Shown here one piece after another: positions 25,328-32,502 of a DNA stretch of 32,502 nucleotides. The notes below the pieces were generated by a model, which was given only the letters and a program-made list of their open reading frames with translations, did not search any database and had not been told where the DNA came from. Source of the DNA: Terriglobia bacterium (GTDB lineage: Bacteria; Acidobacteriota; Terriglobia; Terriglobales; Acidobacteriaceae). The first letter of the stretch is position 1; every line of letters starts with the position of its first letter. The stretch is from assembly GCA_041483535.1 (NCBI GenBank), contig JBGPFV010000001.1, positions 1 to 32,502 on the forward strand. Reading direction: 5' to 3'. The position numbers and the translations under genes were made by a program.

Positions 25328-25385
25328 AGACGGGGCTTGCCCCGTCTCCCGCTGCGAAAGAGACGCGGCAAGCCGCGTCTCTACG
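25325..25385. repeat. Bipartite palindromic REP-like element (two perfect 22-24 nt hairpins in tandem)
   Basis: TAGAGACGGGGCTTGCCCCGTCTC (25325-25348, overlapping the bshC stop) and AGAGACGCGGCAAGCCGCGTCTCT (25359-25382). It lies between the convergent bshC and HAD genes. It belongs to the same family as 9871-9933 and 29132-29153. Confidence 0.85.
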
Positions 25386-25389
25386 GGGA

Positions 25390-26076
25390 TTATGTCGTTC
25401 CACGCATGACGATCTGCAGTTCTTCAAGCGATTCCACTCGCGGAACTCCCTTGTCGCGGTAGGCGCCGGCGGCGTCCATCAGCATCGCTTGCATGCCGGC
25501 GCCGGTCGCGCCCAGGTAATCCACGGAATAAACGTCGCCGACGTACAGGCTCTCTTCGGGCGCGGCCTTCATGCTCGTCAGCGCCTGACGGAAGATTTCC
25601 GGGTGCGGCTTCTCGTATCCGACCAGTCCGGAGTCGGTGATGGTGAGGAAGCACTGCGCGATACCGCAGCGGTCGAGCACGTCTTCGATTCTGCCATCGG
25701 CATTGGAGATAACCGCGATCCGGTGGCGCGTGCCGAGGTCACGCAGTTGTTCGGCGGTGCCAGGACGAATCTGGTCCCAGTTGGCGGAGTTGCGGATGCC
25801 GGAGACGAGCTGGTCGCGGACGGAATCATCGTCGTCCGTGAGTCCAATCTCGGATAACAACTGGGAGTAGAACATCCACCAGAAGCTGTGGTCGGCTGCG
25901 CCCTCCGCGATCATCATGCCGTCAAAGCGATTCTTGGTGCGGCATTCCAGATCGCGCAGGTGCTCGGCGTCGGGCGTGAACCCGCGTTCGGCGAGAGGCG
26001 CGTGGATGCGCTCACGATTCGGGAAGAGCAGGGTGTTGCCCACGTCGAAGAAAATGACTTTGACTTTCGCGTCCAT
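25390..26076 (-). CDS. HAD-superfamily hydrolase, subfamily IA
   Basis: 228 aa. Motif I VIFFDVGNTLL, motif II AVISNADG, motif III K-PHPEIF, and motif IV LYVGDVYSVDYLGA. Confidence 0.8.
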   Translation of the reverse strand: MDAKVKVIFFDVGNTLLFPNRERIHAPLAERGFTPDAEHLRDLECRTKNRFDGMMIAEGAADHSFWWMFYSQLLSEIGLTDDDDSVRDQLVSGIRNSANWDQIRPGTAEQLRDLGTRHRIAVISNADGRIEDVLDRCGIAQCFLTITDSGLVGYEKPHPEIFRQALTSMKAAPEESLYVGDVYSVDYLGATGAGMQAMLMDAAGAYRDKGVPRVESLEELQIVMRGTT

Positions 26077-26173
26077 GGTGAGTGCCGCTCCCCCATTATC
26101 AGGCCTGCTGCGGGCGATTCCGCAAGGTGAAACTTGCTCGATGAATTAAACTGAAAAATTGCCGATGGATTAG

Positions 26174-28447
26174 GTGGAACCAGAAGTCATGGCTCAACTG
26201 CGAGTTGTCGTTCTGTGGCACCAGCACCAGCCGTTTTACAAAGACCTGGTGACCGGGCAGTACCGTCTGCCTTGGACCCGCCTCCATGCCCTGAAGGATT
26301 ACTACGGGATGGTGAAGCTGCTGGACGAGTTTCCACAGGTCCATCAGACGTTCAATCTCGTGCCCTCGTTGATCGCGCAGATTCAAGACTATGCCTCGGG
26401 CGAGGCGCAGGATCCTTTTCTTCAGGTGGCGGGCAAACCAGCGAAAGACCTGACCCGGGAAGAGCGGCAGTTCGCCCTGCAATACTTATTTCAGGCGAAC
26501 CCGGTGAATGTCATCGGGCGCTATCCGCGGTACCGCGAGTTGTGGGAGAGGTTTCATCTGGCGGGTGGGTCGCCCGAGCGCGCGGACAAATATTTCCAAG
26601 CTCAGGATTTCACCGACTTGCAGGTGCTCTCGCAGATCGGTTGGTTCGACGAGTATTTTCTGGCGGAGAAAGACGTTGCGGAACTGGTTCGCAAGGGCCG
26701 GAACTATACGCTCGAAGACCAGCAGTTTGTGATTGCGCGGGAGCGCGACTTGCTCGGCCGGGTTTTGCCCGTGCATGCGGAGGCGGCTATGACAGGCCGG
26801 ATCGAGATTTCGACTTCGCCTTTTTATCATCCCATTCTGCCGCTCGTGTGCGACACGCAGATGGGAGCTGTGTCTTCGCCAGGGCTGCCCTTGCCTCAAA
26901 ATCGCTATCGCCATCCGGAGGATGCTCGCGAGCAATTGCGGCGTGGACTGGATCTCCACGAAAAAGTGTTCGGGTTGCGGCCGCGCGGGGTGTGGCCCTC
27001 GGAGGGCAGCGTTTCCGAGGAGGCGTTGGCGATCGCGCACCAACTGGGAGTGCAGTGGATGGCAACCGACGAAGGCGTGCTGGTACGGAGCCTGGGGACG
27101 AGTTTTTCACGCGATGGTTATGGCCACTTGGATTCGGAATCGGCCCAGCGGCTGTACACAATTTATCGCTACGAGAATGGCGATACGCGCATGAATCTGC
27201 TGTTCCGCGATCACGCGCTCTCCGACCTGATCGGATTTGTGTATTCGGGAATGCCGCCGCGCGAGGCCGCCAATAATCTCATCCACAAGATTAAGGAATC
27301 GGCGCAATCGGTTGTGGCCAAGGGACAAGACGCCGTGGTTTCGATCATTCTGGACGGCGAAAATGCCTGGGAATACTATCCGCAATCGGGGCGGGAATTC
27401 TTGCGCAGATTCTATGAGGGCTTGCAGAGCGATTCGGAGATCGAAGCGGTGACGGTGAGTGAGGCGATGGCGCGCCACAAGAACGTCAGCCCTCTGAAGT
27501 CGGTGGCGCCGGGGTCGTGGATCGGCGCGACCTTCAACGTTTGGATTGGAGCGCCGGAGGACAACAAAGCCTGGGACTACCTGTATCACGCGCGCAACTT
27601 CTACGCGCAGGCGGCGCCGGGCGCCACCGAGAAACAACGCCAACTGGCGCTGGAAGAAATCTTGATCGCCGAGGGCAGCGACTGGAACTGGTGGTACGGA
27701 CCGGAGCACCACACCGCAAACGATCGCGACTTTGACGAACTCTATCGCAAACACCTGTCGAATGTTTACCAGGCGCTCGGTGGAACTCCGCCGGATTATC
27801 TGGCGCAGCCGATCAGCGGAGGAGTGGCGCGGCCAACGTTTACGCCGCAGAGCGCCTATATCCATCCCCGGGTCACTGGCGACGTGGTGCGCTATTTCGA
27901 GTGGTTGGGGGCGGCGTGTTATACGGCGGACCAGCGTTCGGGCGCCATGCATGGCAAACAGTTTCTGACCGATGCAGTGTTGGCCGGGATCGACGAACAG
28001 TATGTCTACGGCCGGTTGGATTTCGTGGGCAAAGTGCCGGAAGGCGTATTCGAAGTGGTGGTGAATTTGGAATCGTGGGCCAACCATGCGGCCAAGCCCC
28101 GGCGGGAATTGCGGTTGGATGCGGCCGTGGATGGCGGCCGTCTGCAGTCGTGGAAAGTGACGGAGGGGGCCGGCAAGCTGGTCGCCGATTCGGCGGAGGC
28201 AAACGATATTGCGCGGGTGGCGCTGGTGCGCAATTTTGAGTTTTGCCTGCCGCTCACATGGCTGCTCGCCGCTCCGCTTGGGATTGACAAAGTGCGAGGA
28301 CCGAAAAGCTCAGATGTCCTGACCACCCGGCTGCGCCTGCGCTTCAGTTTGTGGCAAAACCATCTGCCGGTCGATGCACTGCCATTGGAAGGATGGATCG
28401 AACTGGAATTGCTGGCGGAAGAAGACCTGTTGGCCGTGAGCGGGTGA
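26174..28447 (+). CDS. Glycoside hydrolase family 57 protein (alpha-glucan-active: amylase, glucanotransferase or branching type)
   Basis: 757 aa. N-terminal WHQHQPFY...LPWTRLHALKDYYGM, the nucleophile region VSIILDGENAWEYY, and the acid/base region AEGSDWNWWYGPEH are GH57 signatures. An alternative start is ATG 26189. Confidence 0.85.
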   Translation: MEPEVMAQLRVVVLWHQHQPFYKDLVTGQYRLPWTRLHALKDYYGMVKLLDEFPQVHQTFNLVPSLIAQIQDYASGEAQDPFLQVAGKPAKDLTREERQFALQYLFQANPVNVIGRYPRYRELWERFHLAGGSPERADKYFQAQDFTDLQVLSQIGWFDEYFLAEKDVAELVRKGRNYTLEDQQFVIARERDLLGRVLPVHAEAAMTGRIEISTSPFYHPILPLVCDTQMGAVSSPGLPLPQNRYRHPEDAREQLRRGLDLHEKVFGLRPRGVWPSEGSVSEEALAIAHQLGVQWMATDEGVLVRSLGTSFSRDGYGHLDSESAQRLYTIYRYENGDTRMNLLFRDHALSDLIGFVYSGMPPREAANNLIHKIKESAQSVVAKGQDAVVSIILDGENAWEYYPQSGREFLRRFYEGLQSDSEIEAVTVSEAMARHKNVSPLKSVAPGSWIGATFNVWIGAPEDNKAWDYLYHARNFYAQAAPGATEKQRQLALEEILIAEGSDWNWWYGPEHHTANDRDFDELYRKHLSNVYQALGGTPPDYLAQPISGGVARPTFTPQSAYIHPRVTGDVVRYFEWLGAACYTADQRSGAMHGKQFLTDAVLAGIDEQYVYGRLDFVGKVPEGVFEVVVNLESWANHAAKPRRELRLDAAVDGGRLQSWKVTEGAGKLVADSAEANDIARVALVRNFEFCLPLTWLLAAPLGIDKVRGPKSSDVLTTRLRLRFSLWQNHLPVDALPLEGWIELELLAEEDLLAVSG

Positions 28448-28476
28448 GGATTGCCCATCTCTTTTCAAGGCCCAAT

Positions 28477-28986
28477 TCACGGTCCCGGCAAAGCTCCTAT
28501 GACCTCATCCAGCGGCGCGCGGTCGAGCTGGTTCGCGCCAAGATAGATGTAGCGGACTATGCCGCTGCGATCCTTCTCGCTACGACCTATGACAACCGTA
28601 GCCGGGTGCGCGATGTTGAGCGCGTCGGTGCCGAGCGCGTGATGGAGCCCGTAGGCTTTGGTCACGGCCCGATCCTCATCGAGCAGGAAGACGCTGGAGA
28701 GGGGATGTTTCTCCAGAAATTTCCCCGGCCTCCACACGCCGTCCCGCTTTTCGGCGGCAAGAAACGCCAACTGCGCTCCCGCTGCTTCAATTTCCGGCTT
28801 CCGGGACTCGAACTGAGTCATGCGCTTCACGCAGTTCGGTCACCAGGTGCCGCGCAGAAACTCGAGAATCAGCGCACCTTGCGCCAGCAAACCACTGAGA
28901 GTAAAGGTACCTTCACGGTTGGCCGCGGTTAGGGAAAAGTCCGGGGCGCGCGAGCCTACCTCCAAGGTTTCGGTGCGGTTCTTCAT
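28477..28986 (-). CDS. AhpC/TSA (PRX_like2) thiol-disulfide oxidoreductase with an in-frame TGA at the first redox Cys: candidate selenoprotein (W-U-P-N-C), or a nonsense pseudogene
   Basis: Hand translation from ATG 28986: MKNRTETLEVGSRAPDFSLTAANREGTFTLSGLLAQGALILEFLRGTW[TGA 28842-28840]PNCVKRMTQFESRKPEIEAAGAQLAFLAAEK... This continues in frame into ORF-track 28477..28830. Both halves carry redoxin-family motifs, and the TGA is the only interruption. Confidence 0.6.
28809..28838 (-). promoter_or_regulatory. Hairpin immediately 3' of the in-frame UGA (candidate bacterial SECIS element)
   Basis: On the mRNA: UGA-C-[CGAACUG]-CGUG-AAGCG-CAUG-ACU-[CAGUUCG]. There is a perfect 7-bp lower stem, a possible 4-bp upper stem (C:G, G.U, U:A, G:C) and a 5-nt G-containing apical loop. 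The loop lies closer to the UGA (about 12 nt) than in the classical fdhF-type model. Confidence 0.35.
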
Positions 28987-29114
28987 GTTGAGTTCGACTG
29001 TAAGTCAGGTGGAAATCGGGAACAATAACGGATGGGGTACGTGGGATGGTCCGGGAACGAATCGACTGGGCAGTGACCATGCGCACGAACCCGGTCCTTT
29101 CATGTCCGATATAA

Positions 29115-30497
<1,383 letters not shown>

Positions 30498-30555
30498 CTT
30501 TGCATCACCTAACCGCGGTATGGGGAGCAAATGGCCGAGCGTGGGAGGCGTAGCC

Positions 30556-31479
30556 ATGAAAGTCATCCTCAGCAGGAAGGGGAGTGACAGCGGGTTGAAG
30601 TCTGGCAGGATGGCCAGTCCAATTCTCCCCTGCGGTTGTCTCTGCTCTGTCCCGATCCCGTACGAACGCGGTGTGCGCTACTCCGACATTCGATTTGGCA
30701 AGCGAACGCTGCGGGAGATTTGCCACGGATTCAACCCCGAGTGGGAGGACGGGTTCGCACACCTTGATCCGGATCTTCGATTCGAATCTTTGGCTCGGAA
30801 TGTACCGCCAAAGGTATGGAGGCCAGCCTTCGGACAATCTGGATTCTCAGAGGGTCACCTCTGTAAGCAAGGTGTGGGTCAAAAAGGTGACCTGTTCATT
30901 TTTTTTGGGTGGTTCCGAAGAACCACGAAAGAGAATGGCAAGCTAAGGTTCGATCCGAAGGACAATCACGGACGACATGTCATCTATGGTTGGCTCGAAG
31001 TCGGAGAAGTTTTTCCAGTCGATGGGCGGCAACTACCCGACCAGTTGCGTTTCCTGTCAATTCACCCACACGTTCGTTTCCCGGAGATAGTCGGTCATCC
31101 TAACCGAGTTTACGTGGGTTCTGATTCGGGCCTGAAAGCCGGGCTGTTTGGAGTTCAGTCGGATGATCTTGTACTGACAAAGCCGGGGTCTGATGTACGT
31201 TCGCAATGGCAATTGCCTGGAAAGGTTTTCGATTCAGTGTTTCGTCAAACCCGCCTTTCACAAACCGGTCTTTCATATCATGGCAACCGTGAACGATGGA
31301 CAAAGGAAGTTGGGGGGATTGGCCTCAGGGCGGTGAGCAGAGGGCAGGAGTTTGTTGTAGATGGTCAACTGCATCCGAGTGTTTATCAGCACTTTGCCGC
31401 TCTGATCAAGTCCGCTTCGAAGGCACGCAGAACGTGCCTGCACGATTGTTGGCGGTCGGACGAGACCACCTTGACTTAG
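30556..31479 (+). CDS. Hypothetical protein; N-terminus resembles the Nmad3 family (putative nucleotide-modification-associated domain 3)
   Basis: ATG 30556 is preceded by GGGAGG at 30543-30548. MKVILSRKGSDSGLKSGRMASPILPCGCLCSVPIPYERGVRYSDIRF... resembles, from memory, the MK(I/V)ILSRKGFDS...SPI(F/L)P...SLPIP start of Nmad3-family proteins. GC looks lower than in the neighbours. The family call needs an HMM search. Confidence 0.45.
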   Translation: MKVILSRKGSDSGLKSGRMASPILPCGCLCSVPIPYERGVRYSDIRFGKRTLREICHGFNPEWEDGFAHLDPDLRFESLARNVPPKVWRPAFGQSGFSEGHLCKQGVGQKGDLFIFFGWFRRTTKENGKLRFDPKDNHGRHVIYGWLEVGEVFPVDGRQLPDQLRFLSIHPHVRFPEIVGHPNRVYVGSDSGLKAGLFGVQSDDLVLTKPGSDVRSQWQLPGKVFDSVFRQTRLSQTGLSYHGNRERWTKEVGGIGLRAVSRGQEFVVDGQLHPSVYQHFAALIKSASKARRTCLHDCWRSDETTLT

Positions 31480-31498
31480 TCCATGACTAAGCTATACT
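31471..31498 (+). promoter_or_regulatory. Near-consensus sigma70-type promoter (TTGACT-N16-TATACT) with an embedded operator-like inverted repeat, upstream of the antitoxin gene
   Basis: TTGACT is at 31471-31476 and TATACT at 31493-31498. The spacer holds CTTAGTC-CAT-GACTAAG (31475-31491), and a further ACTAAG lies at 31495-31500. The antitoxin ATG (31505) lies 7 nt after the -10 box. Confidence 0.5.
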
Positions 31499-31504
31499 AA
31501 GCTC

Positions 31505-31735
31505 ATGGAAGTCAATATCCACGAGGCCAAGACTCACCTGTCTCGCTTGCTGGAGCGGGTTGCCATGGGAGAAGAAGTCATCATCGCCAAGGCCGGGACA
31601 CCCGTGGCCAAGTTGGTGCCACTAAAGGTTCGTCCGAAGAGGCGGGTGCTCGGATCGGCGAAAGGGGAGTTCACCGTGCCCGAGGATTTCAACGATCCGC
31701 TGCCCAAGGAGATCGAGGATCTCTTCTACGAATGA
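31505..31735 (+). CDS. Type II antitoxin, Phd/YefM family
   Basis: 76 aa. MEVNIHEAKTHLSRLLERVAMGEEVIIAKAGTPVAKLVP is the classic Phd/YefM N-terminal fold. The acidic C-terminal tail and the 4-nt overlap (ATGA) with the toxin gene also fit. Confidence 0.9.
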   Translation: MEVNIHEAKTHLSRLLERVAMGEEVIIAKAGTPVAKLVPLKVRPKRRVLGSAKGEFTVPEDFNDPLPKEIEDLFYE

Positions 31736-32115
31736 AGGCGCTTCTCGATACGCACACGTTCTTGTGGGCAATCGCAGAGGAAGGAAAGCTCTCTCGCCGG
31801 GCTCGGCAGATCTATACCGGTTCGAATGATCTTTGGCTGAGTGTCGCCAGCGTGTGGGAGATTTTGATTAAGGTGCAAGCCGGCAAACTTCCTTTGCCCG
31901 AGCCCTCAGGACCGTATCTGGTCAAGAAGCTAGCCAAGGACCGGATCGGAGTTCTACCCATCACCTTGGAACACGTGCTCAGGACTGAATCCTTGCCACT
32001 CCACCACCGTGACCCGTTCGACCGCTTGCTCATTGCGCAGAGTATCGAAGAGGGATGGCCCATCATTACCGCCGATCCCTGGTTCGCGCACTATCCTGTG
32101 GATGCCATCTGGTAA
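31732..32115 (+). CDS. vapC: Type II toxin, PIN-domain VapC family
   Basis: 127 aa. LLDTHTFLW (first acidic residue), SVASVWEILIK, and HHRDPFDRLLIAQSIEEGWPIITAD are PIN-domain catalytic motifs. Confidence 0.9.
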   Translation: MKALLDTHTFLWAIAEEGKLSRRARQIYTGSNDLWLSVASVWEILIKVQAGKLPLPEPSGPYLVKKLAKDRIGVLPITLEHVLRTESLPLHHRDPFDRLLIAQSIEEGWPIITADPWFAHYPVDAIW

Positions 32116-32144
32116 TTAGGTAACTTTTTTCTGACAGCCGACCG

Positions 32145-32502
32145 CTAAAACCCCATCGTGTCATCCGCCGAAGGCCCGTACGTCGCCGGCACCGGCTTTT
32201 CATTCAAGCGCAGATACACGCCGAGTTGAGCGCGGTGGTGCACCAGGTGATTCAGGAACATTTGCCGGTAGGCCAGAAAGCGCGAGCCATCGAAAATAGG
32301 CTTGCCCCCGAAGCTCAGCTTCCAGTTCTGCGTCCAAGCGTCATCGGAAGTTTTCTTGAGCGCGGTGCGAGCTTGGGCTGCGCCTTCATCGAAGGCCTTG
32401 ACCAGTTGGGCGGCGGACTCGAACGGCACCGGCTGGATGCTGGCCTTGGAAAAATCCAGCCCGGGAGTGGTCAGCACCGTCACACCGAAGCCGGAAAGCT
32501 GC
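32145..32502 (-). CDS. DinB-family (four-helix-bundle, metal-binding) protein, C-terminal part; the start probably lies beyond the window
   Basis: ...FLNHLVHHRAQLGVYLRLNEKPVPATYGPSADDTMGF is the typical DinB-family C-terminus. The frame stays open from 32483 to the window edge, and such proteins are usually about 165 aa. Confidence 0.75.
   Translation of the reverse strand, partial: QLSGFGVTVLTTPGLDFSKASIQPVPFESAAQLVKAFDEGAAQARTALKKTSDDAWTQNWKLSFGGKPIFDGSRFLAYRQMFLNHLVHHRAQLGVYLRLNEKPVPATYGPSADDTMGF

Noticed and set aside
26215-28087. 353-aa plus-strand ORF (26215-27276) and 326-aa minus-strand ORF (27107-28087) within the GH57 gene
   Set aside because: They are alternative-frame or antisense shadow ORFs with Arg/Pro/Gly-rich content. 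The GH57 frame carries the family's catalytic motifs.

Overview
By gene content and its palindromic intergenic repeats (e.g. GTCATCCTGAGCGAAGCGAAGGAC, GAGACGGGGCTTGCCCCGTCTC, GATCACCCGAT heptads), this looks like a chromosomal segment of a high-GC Acidobacteriota (Terriglobia-like) genome. That taxonomic call is inference. I saw no rRNA, tRNA, CRISPR array, transposase or integrase. The window is densely coding and mostly housekeeping. In order: an MFS fragment; a TolC-MFP-RND efflux operon; pyrR; rbsK; a PilZ protein; a soluble MgtE-N/CBS protein with an Nramp-related transporter; a NUDIX hydrolase; a GAF/fRMsr protein; a leaderless BtuF-like binding protein; an IscU-like protein; an ndh-TPR-nfeD operon; a large membrane protein; a lower-GC decayed patch (Crp fragment plus small ORFs); a STAS/pseudo-receiver protein; a methyltransferase; bshC; a HAD hydrolase; a GH57 enzyme; a redoxin; eno; an Nmad3-like orphan; a Phd/VapC toxin-antitoxin pair; and a DinB fragment. 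Four items deserve follow-up. (1) An AhpC/TSA (PRX_like2) redoxin at 28477-28986(-) is intact except for an in-frame TGA exactly at the first Cys of its W-C-P-x-C redox motif, and a hairpin starts 2 nt after the TGA, so it is a candidate UxxC selenoprotein that the ORF track splits. (2) A transmembrane-less MgtE cytosolic sensor module (PRC barrel + MgtE_N + CBS pair) lies directly upstream of an Nramp homolog carrying the NRMT-type (Mg2+) binding-site substitutions. This suggests a two-gene, trans-regulated Mg2+ uptake system. (3) A lower-GC islet between eno and dinB holds an Nmad3-like putative nucleotide-modification protein and a VapBC-type module with a near-consensus promoter, an operator and an apparently leaderless antitoxin. 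(4) A STAS domain is fused to a receiver-like domain that lacks the phospho-acceptor Asp. All coordinates were hand-counted. GC statements are by eye, not computed.
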